Source: a virus (lineage: Duplodnaviria > Caudoviricetes). Taken from it: a stretch of DNA of 64,000 nt. The stretch's first letter is position 1. Each line of letters starts with the position of its first letter. The stretch lies in the IMG/VR virus record IMGVR_UViG_3300028275_000007, one strand, 5' to 3'. Below are positions 17,472 through 27,042 of the stretch, one piece after another. A program made the position numbers and the translations under genes. The notes beneath the pieces are model-generated. The model did not search any database, was not told where the DNA came from, and worked only from the letters and a program-made list of their open reading frames with translations.

Positions 17472-18119
17472 TTAAGCGCCGCCTGTTGCGCCTGTTACAG
17501 CGTTTCCAATTGTACGTCCTACTGCTGCACCAATACCACCGATTGGGCTTGTTGCTGCTGCACCTGCTGCAAACTGTACTAAGTTATCGTAGGCAATTGT
17601 TAAAGCAACTGTCATATGTTCGTTAGTAGAGTAGTTAGCATCGCCGTAGTCTACGTTTTGTAGGAAGCAACCATACATTTCAAAAGTTTCTAATGTTTCT
17701 GGAGTTAATGTACCATTACCACCATCTAACACTTCGATACGTGTTGTAAATTTATAGTCAATACCTGAACGAGCGGATGCCTGTTCCATAAAGTCATATT
17801 GTTTCTGGATTTGTTGACCAACTAATTTCTGAACTTGACCGCTAGCATCATCACGTAATGTTAATGTTACGTTTTCTAATGTATGCTTGCCTGCAAGTTT
17901 CACCTTTGAGTTATAGATGTCTAGTGTCATTTCTTCAAATGAAACTTTTGGTCTAGTAACGTCTTGAACTTGCTTTGTCAATTCAGTTGCTGCTGCAACA
18001 CCAAATCCTAGCAATGTAACACGGAATCGATATTTCAACTTAGGCATTAGAAGCACCTGAGTGCTTCCTGCCTGATTAGTTGTTGGAATACCAAAATTGT
18101 TTAGTGATGTAATTGACAT
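17472..18119 (-). CDS. gp19: Tail tube protein
   Basis: LLMPKLKYRFRV, LTLRDD; directly downstream of the sheath. Confidence 0.85.
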   Translation of the reverse strand: MSITSLNNFGIPTTNQAGSTQVLLMPKLKYRFRVTLLGFGVAAATELTKQVQDVTRPKVSFEEMTLDIYNSKVKLAGKHTLENVTLTLRDDASGQVQKLVGQQIQKQYDFMEQASARSGIDYKFTTRIEVLDGGNGTLTPETLETFEMYGCFLQNVDYGDANYSTNEHMTVALTIAYDNLVQFAAGAAATSPIGGIGAAVGRTIGNAVTGATGGA

Positions 18120-18121
18120 TT

Positions 18122-21100
18122 TTAAATCTCTCCTGTGTTCTTGACACGTAATGGGATGTAAATGAATTCAACAGCCTTAACTGGTTCAATTGCAATGTCA
18201 ACATATAGTTCATTACGATCGATTCTGCTAGGAGTGTTGTTGCTTTCATCACAAACAACTGCGAAGTCATAAATTGCTCTCAAACCTACCAACTCTAATA
18301 ACAAACTTTCTGCTGCCTGTTTGATCTCATCACGTGTGATCTTGTCATTTGGTTCAAAAATGTATGGACGAGCTAGTTTGTTCAACTGGCTGCGTAGGTA
18401 TACAACTAAACGTGCTACGTTGATTCTGTCTAATGCAGAAGCATTTCTTGCACGAGTCTTTTGACCATATGCAACTAAACCTACACCATTAAAGAATGGA
18501 ATTGGGTTAATCTTTAGATCATATAGTGTATCACGTTGACCTTCGTTTAGAGCTACGGTCTGGAATTCACCTGTCATTGCGTCAATATAACCAACTGCTG
18601 TTGCGTTAGTAATACCACCGCGTCTTGTACCTGCTGGAGCAAACCAAGGATAACTTACGTTGTCACTTAGTGCGATTGTTTTCAACATCATATGTGATGC
18701 TGGAACAACTGCGCCTGCACCGCTTAGGTCTGTTGTGTAACCGTTTGGATAGTAAGTTGCTAGATATTCGTCATATGTAACAATACCATCATCACCGTTG
18801 TCTGTTACTAGGTTAGCGTTAGTACCCCAAGTTGTTAGGCTTGTTGCATCTGCTGCTAAACGCAATGGTGTGTCACCAATTACAAAAGCTGTAATTCCAC
18901 GGTCAATGTTTAAGTTAACTAGGTTGCTCATTAGCTCAGGATATCCTGGGCAAGCAATCAAGTTAAAGTTGCGACGTTCTGTATCACGGATTTCGCTGCT
19001 TGTATCAACAACACTCTTAAGAGCTTGTGTAACAACCTTACGTTGTGCGTGACGACCAAATGTACCAGAACCGTCTTCGTTATTACCAGATGCTGTCACC
19101 CAACGATCTGTCCAATACGCTTCCATTGACAAACCAGAACCGCTTACAAATGCACTACCTGCTAGGGTAGCTGTACTTGTTCTTGGGTTATCGCTAGCTG
19201 TATCAATGTAACCGTTCATATATTTCTTAACGTTTCCGCCGCTTCTGCGTAGATTCCATAGCAACATACCTTTTGGATATAGTGCTGGATCTGGAGCGTC
19301 TGGATCTAAGAAGTTATTCTGCAATAGGTCTTCGATAGTAGACATTGCATTTGTTGTGCCTGTTGTGTTCCAACGTGCATCAGCAAACAAGATACCCTCT
19401 TCTGTTGTTTGATCAGTTTTATCAACTAATTCCCAACGTTGAGAAACATCCGCAATATCAGTTAGATTATTATTAAATCTGTAGATAGTTGGGAAGTTTT
19501 CCATATCGGCTGTGCTGATCCATAGGTCACCTGTTTGTGTGCTGCCTGCTTGATATGGATTGCTAGCTGAAACTAGTGGAGCATAACCAATTCTTGTTGA
19601 TGTCGCGCTTTCTGCGTACTGAGCAGAAGCGTGTCTATAACCAACCCAAGTTGCGCCATTGTGTACCATAACGTCAACTTCTGAGAAGTTAGGGTTGTAC
19701 CACATTTGTCCATCTTGTGGCTCATTTAATGGAGCATCACCGCTTGCTGCAAATCTTGGATTGCTTGCTGCCAATGGCATCCAACCAGAAGCTAGATAAT
19801 CATATCCTGCGGCTGATTGAGCTTCATATAAGTTTTCAGTTCCAGATAATGTGTTGATACTATAAGGTGTAAACAATCCACCAATTGGGCTACCTGTTCC
19901 GTCTGTTAGACTGAAATCTCCGCCTAGTTTGTGTGAAATAACCAACTTAGCTGAGGTTGAACTTACTGTTGTTACAGAAGCTACAATGTTGGTAAATCCT
20001 GCTGCGTTAATTGCTGTTGCAATTGCATCAGCATCTTCGCTGTTGCCAGCTGCTGAGAAATTAATTGTAACTGCTGTGTCTAAAGTTGCTTGTCCTTTTA
20101 ATGATTCTGCTAGATCAAAACTGTATGGGCCGGCAGCTAGTGTGCTGTCTTTAATAACTGCTGATGTAATGCTTGTTACAGCATTTGCAGAAACGTTTCT
20201 TTTCCATACTCTAAATTCAGCAGTTTCTGGAGTTGCATCAAATCCAGCAGCTTCTGTAGCATTTGATTGTACAAATAAAGAATCTTTGGAAATATTTGCA
20301 CCACCGCCACTACGATCTAGATAATAGTTTGCTGCACCAGTTGATGTGTGGATTGGAGCTTCGTATGATGCCCAAGAAAGTGTTCCTGCGCTCCAACGCT
20401 TAACTCTCCAACGAGCGCCGTTGTTTGGTTCAGTTGTTTTAATCCATACAGAACCAGTTGGGTTTCCGCCGACTGTGCCAACGTTGTCAGAAATCTTAAA
20501 TGCTGGAACAGAAGTATGTGGAGTTTGTTGTAATGCTGGGCTCAAATAAGTACCAGCTGTGATACCCAATGTGCTCCAGTTTGCTGTACCATTTTCTAAT
20601 TTAACTGCACCGTCAGCACCAGTTGAATCGCCTGCATCACCGTCAGCAGCTGATGTGCCGTTAGAATAAATGTACAATCTGTTGTTAATTGCTTGAGCAC
20701 TTACACCAGTAATTGCTGCTGCATTAATGTTTGAAGCAATAGTAGCTACTGTTCCGCCAGCAATTAAACTGTTGTTAACATATAAGTTACCACTTATCGA
20801 ACCTGAATATGCTGAACCAGATGCTACTGGCCAACTTGCTTTCCAGTCTGTAGAACCTACTAGTACCCACTGACCTGCATCAACAGCGTCAACTCCGCCA
20901 GTCGAAGCTGGAGCACCAGCTGATTTAAAGTAAACTCTTGCAAACTCTTCGTTTGCACCAAATGATCCATCACCTGTAACGGTTTGGAAAACTACAGCGT
21001 AGTCACCAATTGCACCAACTGATGTTTTTGGAGCATTGTTAGAAATTTTTGCTGTATCTGCGTCGGTTAATACTAATGGAACTTTGTTTGTAAATTTCTG

Positions 21101-21580
21101 CCCGCCAACTACTGTTGGTGCAGATCCATTCCATTCTTGAATACCCCAAGTTGTTGCTTGAGTGTCAATCCACCATTGACCGTTTGTTGGGTTCGCTCCC
21201 GGGGCGTCTACTTGAGCCTCTAGTTCGTCTAAGTTAATATCAGCACGAACGATAAATGCCGCGTTGCTAACACCCAATAAACTATATGCTGCTAATAATC
21301 CGTATTCGTTTCTTTCTGAACCGTGTACAGGAGTCGAACTCGCTGTCTGTTCAAAGAAAGGAACACCGAAGAAATCTGTTAGATCTCTCTGACTGGTTAA
21401 TTTAAATGCCTTACCAGCATTGGCTTTTGTTGTTGCGGACGCGGTACCTGTTCCCGATCCGTTTGCTTTATCTTGCGCTGTAGCTACTACGATAAGAGGA
21501 GTAGTACCAGGTTCTGCTGGTGTATAAAAACTCTCGTCGATAACTGTAACCGCTACGCCCGGTGATTGTAATGTTGCCAT
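18122..21580 (-). CDS. gp18: Tail sheath protein with a large internal insertion (1152 aa)
   Basis: SPGVAVTVIDES N-terminus; PWFAPAGTRRG, DRINVARL and PVKAVEFIYI C-terminal sheath motifs. Confidence 0.93.
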   Translation of the reverse strand: MATLQSPGVAVTVIDESFYTPAEPGTTPLIVVATAQDKANGSGTGTASATTKANAGKAFKLTSQRDLTDFFGVPFFEQTASSTPVHGSERNEYGLLAAYSLLGVSNAAFIVRADINLDELEAQVDAPGANPTNGQWWIDTQATTWGIQEWNGSAPTVVGGQKFTNKVPLVLTDADTAKISNNAPKTSVGAIGDYAVVFQTVTGDGSFGANEEFARVYFKSAGAPASTGGVDAVDAGQWVLVGSTDWKASWPVASGSAYSGSISGNLYVNNSLIAGGTVATIASNINAAAITGVSAQAINNRLYIYSNGTSAADGDAGDSTGADGAVKLENGTANWSTLGITAGTYLSPALQQTPHTSVPAFKISDNVGTVGGNPTGSVWIKTTEPNNGARWRVKRWSAGTLSWASYEAPIHTSTGAANYYLDRSGGGANISKDSLFVQSNATEAAGFDATPETAEFRVWKRNVSANAVTSITSAVIKDSTLAAGPYSFDLAESLKGQATLDTAVTINFSAAGNSEDADAIATAINAAGFTNIVASVTTVSSTSAKLVISHKLGGDFSLTDGTGSPIGGLFTPYSINTLSGTENLYEAQSAAGYDYLASGWMPLAASNPRFAASGDAPLNEPQDGQMWYNPNFSEVDVMVHNGATWVGYRHASAQYAESATSTRIGYAPLVSASNPYQAGSTQTGDLWISTADMENFPTIYRFNNNLTDIADVSQRWELVDKTDQTTEEGILFADARWNTTGTTNAMSTIEDLLQNNFLDPDAPDPALYPKGMLLWNLRRSGGNVKKYMNGYIDTASDNPRTSTATLAGSAFVSGSGLSMEAYWTDRWVTASGNNEDGSGTFGRHAQRKVVTQALKSVVDTSSEIRDTERRNFNLIACPGYPELMSNLVNLNIDRGITAFVIGDTPLRLAADATSLTTWGTNANLVTDNGDDGIVTYDEYLATYYPNGYTTDLSGAGAVVPASHMMLKTIALSDNVSYPWFAPAGTRRGGITNATAVGYIDAMTGEFQTVALNEGQRDTLYDLKINPIPFFNGVGLVAYGQKTRARNASALDRINVARLVVYLRSQLNKLARPYIFEPNDKITRDEIKQAAESLLLELVGLRAIYDFAVVCDESNNTPSRIDRNELYVDIAIEPVKAVEFIYIPLRVKNTGEI

Positions 21581-21685
21581 TCCCTATTTCTCCTGGTAAT
21601 AGTTGCTCATAATATTTAGCGTACTATTATAAAAATGGGTAGTTATACAACCTGAAAAAGGGGAAGAAAAGGTGTAAATATTGAT

Positions 21686-22024
21686 ATGAGACCACTTTGT
21701 AAGGCCTGTAATGAACGGCCTAGAGCATTAAATTATTATAAAGGTAAAAAACCTTATTATAGAACGCTCTGCGAAGCGTGTCTAGCTCACGGACCTAAGG
21801 CACATATACCACGTTGGAAACGTTCTGGTTATAAAATAAAGTCACAATGTGAAAAGTGCGGACATCGTAGCCCGCACATGGAGGTATTTAGGGTATTTCA
21901 CATAGACGGCAATTTAGACAACTGCCGCCCTAGTAACTTAAAAACAATCTGTGCCAATTGTGCTCAGGTGCTTCACAAGGAGGGCATCACTTGGCGTCAA
22001 GGGGACTTGGTCGCTGACTATTGA
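21686..22024 (+). CDS. Zn-ribbon/HNH nuclease-like protein
   Basis: Four CxxC pairs; HIDGNLDNC..NL..ICANC; late promoter GTAAATA 5 nt upstream. Confidence 0.75.
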   Translation: MRPLCKACNERPRALNYYKGKKPYYRTLCEACLAHGPKAHIPRWKRSGYKIKSQCEKCGHRSPHMEVFRVFHIDGNLDNCRPSNLKTICANCAQVLHKEGITWRQGDLVADY

Positions 22025-22624
22025 TCTTGCCTGTTGATACAGATTATCGATAGTGCTGTTATTATCTACGACGTGATCAAATTCAGTTCCTACCCAAGCA
22101 GTTTCACTAGCGTGAATTTTTCGCATCTTTAATTCTTGAACAGCCCAATTATGTCCTTGATTTGCGGCCACTGCTACATCGTACCAATCCGGTAACTCTC
22201 CTCGCTGTACCCATACAATCTGTCCACCAGCTTTACGGATGCTTTCAATTTCATTAGGAAACCGGCAATCTGAAATAACAACATTGTCTTTGGAATTACG
22301 AAGTTTATTTTCTAGGCTAGCAATCCAAATGTCATCGTGGAAGCCTTTGCGGCATACTTCTGTGCCCCAATACTGTAGAACCCAACGAGGTGTGAGCGTG
22401 GGCATATCTAAACGTTCTGCCCACCACGGATCGACTTGTTCGCGCCACTCCCGGGCTTCTTTAGTTCGCCCTTCTAGCATCGTCCTGTCCCAGCCAAACA
22501 CAGAACTTACTGCGTCTTTTAGTGTATTAGCAAAAGACTCTCTTCTAAACTCGTGAAAATTAACTAGATAGTCAGCAATTGTATCCTTGCCTGACCCGAT
22601 AAACCCACAAATACCTATAATCAT
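21938..22624 (-). CDS. gp1: Deoxynucleoside monophosphate kinase
   Basis: GICGFIGSGKDT P-loop, TPRWVLQYWGTEVCR, VISDCRFPNE, HASE; start at 22624 after GGAGG. Confidence 0.9.
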   Translation of the reverse strand: MIIGICGFIGSGKDTIADYLVNFHEFRRESFANTLKDAVSSVFGWDRTMLEGRTKEAREWREQVDPWWAERLDMPTLTPRWVLQYWGTEVCRKGFHDDIWIASLENKLRNSKDNVVISDCRFPNEIESIRKAGGQIVWVQRGELPDWYDVAVAANQGHNWAVQELKMRKIHASETAWVGTEFDHVVDNNSTIDNLYQQARSIVSDQVPLTPSDALLVKHLSTIGTDCF

Positions 22625-22644
22625 AATAGCCTCCAATTAAGACT

Positions 22645-22673
22645 ATTATACTATACTAAAATATTAAGGTCAA
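22645..22673 (-). promoter_or_regulatory. Sigma70 promoter for the dNMP kinase
   Basis: TTGACC-17 nt-TATAAT; the -35 overlaps the gp13 stop. Confidence 0.85.
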
Positions 22674-23428
22674 CCTATAATCCAACCATAGCCCATACCG
22701 CCTGGTACAAGTTTCATCAAATCATCAATGAGCTTGTCCATTTCGGCTTGAGCTTCAGTTTTAAGTGCTGCGCCGTTTAGGCTAGAACCGCCCTGTGGGC
22801 CTGCGATTTGAGCAAACTTCTCGCGGGCTTGACCTAGCATCATCTTGCAGTTTGCCAGTGCATAATCCTTAACCCATTGTCCTGAATAGATATCGTCGAT
22901 AATAGCAAAGTCAGGTTTACTGTTATAAACCATAAGCATTACACTTTCTTCGCCTCGTGGTCTTTGCTGAATAATGAGTTTGTGACTCTGTGGATGCCAA
23001 GTAAAGTTAATAAAACTACCAAACATTTTACCAACTAATTCTTGATACTGTGCAAATAATTCATATGTTAGCAATCCTCCCATATTTGTAGAGCTTAACA
23101 AATATGTGTTTGTGTATGCTAAATTGAATGGTTCAAAAACTGTTCCGCCCGTGCCGTTACCAGTCCTTGATCCAACACTTCGTCTAAAAATTTGACGGAC
23201 TTGTTGTATTTCTTTTGGTAAAATATATTCGTTTTGATCTTGTACCAGTGTTAAAAACACGTAAGATTCCTCTACAGCATTATCGCTTCTTTGCCTAAAA
23301 ACTGCAAGGGCTCTATTTAGAGCTGTTTCGTAGTGAGTTGGATCTAACTCAACATCAATCATACCGTCACCTAGCATAGTGCGGCAATAATTATAAACGC
23401 TTTGGCGGGATTCGTCGTTTGTACTCAT
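22670..23428 (-). CDS. gp13: Neck protein
   Basis: LGDGMIDVELD, WVKDYALA.CK.MLG.AREKF...GPQGG..LNG. Confidence 0.85.
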   Translation of the reverse strand: MSTNDESRQSVYNYCRTMLGDGMIDVELDPTHYETALNRALAVFRQRSDNAVEESYVFLTLVQDQNEYILPKEIQQVRQIFRRSVGSRTGNGTGGTVFEPFNLAYTNTYLLSSTNMGGLLTYELFAQYQELVGKMFGSFINFTWHPQSHKLIIQQRPRGEESVMLMVYNSKPDFAIIDDIYSGQWVKDYALANCKMMLGQAREKFAQIAGPQGGSSLNGAALKTEAQAEMDKLIDDLMKLVPGGMGYGWIIG

Positions 23429-23433
23429 AATAC

Positions 23434-23454
23434 TATTTATCGTAGCGGTAAATA
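23434..23454. promoter_or_regulatory. Back-to-back late promoters (ATAAATA on -, GTAAATA on +)
   Basis: tatttat-cgtagcg-gtaaata between divergent gp13 and gp14. Confidence 0.65.
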
Positions 23455-23461
23455 TATGACT

Positions 23462-24856
23462 ATGCCAAGACTTTCGTTATATCGCCCGCAAAAGGGCAAC
23501 GACTATAAATTCATCGATAAAACCGTATGGGAAATGTTCCAGGTTGGGGGTACAGATGTATGTGTACACAGGTACCTAGGACCAGATATTTCTGTCCAAG
23601 GAAACACTCCTAGCACTCCTGCTTACGACTCTGATAATCCTTTTCAAATACAGGATATGTTATTTTTAGAAAATCGCGATCGAAAATATGACCCAGATGT
23701 TTATGTATTGCGAGGTGTTTATAATATGCAAGACATTGACTTTAATCTAAGTCAATTCGGGCTCTTCTTGCAAAACGATACAATTTTTATTACATTTCAT
23801 ATCAACGATACAGTAGAAAAACTTGGCAGAAAAATTATTGCAGGAGATGTTATAGAGCTGCCTCATTTAAAAGATGAATATGCTCTTAATGATCTAAGTT
23901 TTGCATTGAAAAGATTTTATGTTGTTGAAGAAGTTAATCGCGCAGCAGAAGGATTTTCAGTAACTTGGTATCCCCATTTATATCGTGCAAAATGTAAACC
24001 ACTAGTTAATAGTCAAGAATATAAACAGATCCTTGACGGAATAGCCAACAGCGACGCTGATAAAGGTAATTACAATTCATCGATTACTTATTATCCTGGA
24101 GATATTATTACTGGCCCGGACGGTGTAAAGTATGAAGTAATAAAAGAAGTTACTGGTATTGATCCTCCTAATACTGAATATTATCAAATAGCAGGTACGT
24201 TAAGAGATTTAATGAGTACATACAATAAAGAAATGGAGATTACTCAAGCTATCCTTAATCAAGCTGAAGCCGATGCTCCAAAAAGTGGGTACGACACTTC
24301 TAAATTTTGGACTCTTCAAAGATCGGACGACGGTACTGCTTCTTTGATTACAGTAGACTCTGATCAAATTAATCAATATTCTGCCGACACTGATATTGTA
24401 ACGGATAAAAATGGAAATCCTATATTAGACGCTGAGGGCAATGAAGTATCTGCCGTTAACGCTGCTTCAACTTATCCGTCTGTAGATGGAAAAGGTTATG
24501 TAGGATATCTAACTAAAGATGGTATAGCACCTAATGGTGCTCCAGTCTCTGTAGGCTATTCTTTCCCGTACAATCCAGTTGAAGGTCAGTTTCATCTTAG
24601 AACAGATTATCTTCCTAACAGATTGTTTAGATTTAACGGAACACGCTGGATGAAATTTGAAGACAACGTTCGTATGACTATGGATAACCTAGGTGCTAGT
24701 GATGTTGTTACCAGTGCATTGTTTGAAGGTAAGGATGTTAGACAAACACAAAAAACATCGTTTATTAACAATACATCAGTTGCAAATATTGATGGACATA
24801 CAATCAAACAGAAACAAAGCCTATCTAAGGCTCTTAGACCACAGGCGGACGAATAA
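23462..24856 (+). CDS. gp14: Neck/head-completion protein, gp14-like, with insertions
   Basis: MPRLSLYRP, IQDMLFLENRDRKYD, DLSQFGLFL-type motif, GDVIELPHL. Start moved to 23462 (23456 also possible). Confidence 0.7.
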   Translation: MPRLSLYRPQKGNDYKFIDKTVWEMFQVGGTDVCVHRYLGPDISVQGNTPSTPAYDSDNPFQIQDMLFLENRDRKYDPDVYVLRGVYNMQDIDFNLSQFGLFLQNDTIFITFHINDTVEKLGRKIIAGDVIELPHLKDEYALNDLSFALKRFYVVEEVNRAAEGFSVTWYPHLYRAKCKPLVNSQEYKQILDGIANSDADKGNYNSSITYYPGDIITGPDGVKYEVIKEVTGIDPPNTEYYQIAGTLRDLMSTYNKEMEITQAILNQAEADAPKSGYDTSKFWTLQRSDDGTASLITVDSDQINQYSADTDIVTDKNGNPILDAEGNEVSAVNAASTYPSVDGKGYVGYLTKDGIAPNGAPVSVGYSFPYNPVEGQFHLRTDYLPNRLFRFNGTRWMKFEDNVRMTMDNLGASDVVTSALFEGKDVRQTQKTSFINNTSVANIDGHTIKQKQSLSKALRPQADE

Positions 24857-26355
24857 TGGATTACTTTTACGACGGGCAAATAAGACGCTATGTAACACAG
24901 TTTATGCGTGTGTTTATTGGATTTAAATGGCAAGCTGGCGATGGAACTCAACAAACTGTACCTGTAATGTACGGGGATATGAGTAGACAAGTAGCAAATA
25001 TAATTAAAGAAAATAGCGAAAACAAAATGCCTTCAGTTCCAAAGATTGCCTGTTATATTACAGGGTTAGAAATGGATACTACAAGGTTATCTGACCCTAC
25101 GTTTGTTAGTAAAGTTCATATTAGAGAACGAAGATTTACAGATGCAGGTGGGACTAGAGAATATCAAAATACACAAGGCGGTAATTATACAGTAGAACGT
25201 CTAATGCCTACACCATTTAAATTAACAATGAAAGCAGATATATGGACTTCGAGTACTGATCAAAAATTGCAATTGTTAGAACAAATACTGGTTTTGTTTA
25301 ATCCGTCCCTTGAATTACAAACCACCGACAACTATATTGATTGGACTAGTTTAAGTGCGTTATATCTTACAACTCCTACTTGGACTTCACGATCTATTCC
25401 AGCAGGAGCCGAAAGTGAAATTGATATTTCATCATTAGAATTTGAAATGCCTATATGGTTAACTCCTCCTGCTAAGGTTAAGAAACTAGGCATTGTGCAG
25501 AGTGTCATATCTAATGTGTTTATGGACAGTGGCGATATTATTAACTTAGATGATTTAATATACAATCAAAGAATTGGAGCATTTGGTACTACTACTAATA
25601 GATATAGAGTATTATTGTTTAAATCTAATACAGGTAACTTAAATGATCATCAGTACGACCTAACTCTAGTTAATCCTACACACGCTGTACTGGCATTAGG
25701 ATTGGATCAAAAAGAATATGCTAATGGTGCGCCTTTAGAGTGGGCTAAAATTTTAGAAGTTCAGGGCGGATACATTCCAGGCAGTGATATTTGGTTTAAA
25801 AAGCCTGATGGATCAGAAATTCTAGGCACATTTGTTATTAATCCTTTAGATCCTACAATCTTAACAGTAACACTAGATCAAGATACATATCCTAGCAATG
25901 ATGATATAGCAAGTTCAATTCCTGGAGGAGAAACCAGAGGAACTGTAGATGCTATTATTGATCCTTACAAATTTAATCCGTTAGAAGTTTTTGGATCTTT
26001 AGAAAATATTCCTCTTGGTATTAGATATTTGATGTTAGACGATATTAATAACAGTACCAATAGAGGAGACTTTAATAGATTGTACGAAGGGTCTGATAGT
26101 TCTAAAGACCCGTATGACGGCCCAGATGGATGGAAAGATGTTCACGGTTCTGATCCAGTAGTTAAGGCTAATTCTGTAATAGAATGGGATGGAGAAACTT
26201 GGACAACAATTTGGGATCCAGATCTAGCATCTGAAAATTTCTATATTCAAAATATTCGAACCGGCGTTAAGTATAAGTGGGACGGAGTACAATGGCTCAA
26301 AGCATTTGAAGGTGAATACGGGCCAGGAGACTGGAACTTCAAACTTATCTCTTGA
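24856..26355 (+). CDS. gp15: Tail sheath stabiliser/completion protein, gp15-like, with a C-terminal extension
   Basis: MDYFYDGQIRRY..QF, VPVMYGD, PTPF.L, QKLQLLEQIL.LFNP. Confidence 0.75.
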   Translation: MDYFYDGQIRRYVTQFMRVFIGFKWQAGDGTQQTVPVMYGDMSRQVANIIKENSENKMPSVPKIACYITGLEMDTTRLSDPTFVSKVHIRERRFTDAGGTREYQNTQGGNYTVERLMPTPFKLTMKADIWTSSTDQKLQLLEQILVLFNPSLELQTTDNYIDWTSLSALYLTTPTWTSRSIPAGAESEIDISSLEFEMPIWLTPPAKVKKLGIVQSVISNVFMDSGDIINLDDLIYNQRIGAFGTTTNRYRVLLFKSNTGNLNDHQYDLTLVNPTHAVLALGLDQKEYANGAPLEWAKILEVQGGYIPGSDIWFKKPDGSEILGTFVINPLDPTILTVTLDQDTYPSNDDIASSIPGGETRGTVDAIIDPYKFNPLEVFGSLENIPLGIRYLMLDDINNSTNRGDFNRLYEGSDSSKDPYDGPDGWKDVHGSDPVVKANSVIEWDGETWTTIWDPDLASENFYIQNIRTGVKYKWDGVQWLKAFEGEYGPGDWNFKLIS

Positions 26356-26366
26356 TAAGTAAAGGT

Positions 26367-26759
26367 ATGCAACAGCGTGCCGGATTACTTTTTCTATCAA
26401 AAATAACAGGTAGAATATTTCTATTATTGGAAGACTCAAAATGGACTGTTCCAACATTTTTGCGAACAGGTCCTCTTTTAGCTGATGCCAATCCATTATT
26501 AAACAGGTATAGCGAAGGTCGAGTACTTCCTATAGAACTTTATCTCAGCGAGGATAAAGGCTTCGAATACGGTACCTATGTCTGTGTTGTAGAAACAGAA
26601 TTTTTTGGATCCAATGAAGAAACAATATGCTGGTCCAACATAGATAATCTTCCAAAAAATTTACACACCGGTTTAAAAACTACATTAAATAATGGACTAA
26701 TACGAGCGAAAATTGAAACTATAATGGTGATAGAAAATGCTTCCAACATTACGAACTGA
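26367..26759 (+). CDS. Hypothetical protein, possibly a degenerate Nudix fold
   Basis: AGLLFLSK.TGR.FLLL...W..P N-terminus but no Nudix box; start 5 nt after ATAAGTA. Confidence 0.55.
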   Translation: MQQRAGLLFLSKITGRIFLLLEDSKWTVPTFLRTGPLLADANPLLNRYSEGRVLPIELYLSEDKGFEYGTYVCVVETEFFGSNEETICWSNIDNLPKNLHTGLKTTLNNGLIRAKIETIMVIENASNITN

Positions 26760-27042
26760 TAAAAGAATTTTAGAAGATTTTAAAAAATATCAAGACTCTA
26801 TTGATAGAATAACCAACGAACCGCTCAAAGAAGAATTGAGTAAGTTGCTTAAACGTCTTAAAGAGCAGGTAGGTCACATAGACCGAAATCACGAACAGCT
26901 GATAATTTCTGGAAGAATCCCAACAGAGATCAGCGAAATTAGATCTAACATAGCGTCAATTAAAAAATCATTGGATTTTAAAATTGACGCTTGGAATAGA
27001 TCTAATAACGTTATGCCTGCGCCTCTCCCCAACGTAAAATAA
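26737..27042 (+). CDS. Hypothetical helical protein
   Basis: 101-aa ORF; its 3' end overlaps the convergent 27011 ORF. Confidence 0.6.
   Translation: MLPTLRTDKRILEDFKKYQDSIDRITNEPLKEELSKLLKRLKEQVGHIDRNHEQLIISGRIPTEISEIRSNIASIKKSLDFKIDAWNRSNNVMPAPLPNVK

Noticed and set aside
21686-22024. HNH gene as a mobile homing endonuclease
   Set aside because: It is short, lacks a separate DNA-binding domain, interrupts nothing and has a late promoter like its neighbours; a resident gene is more likely.
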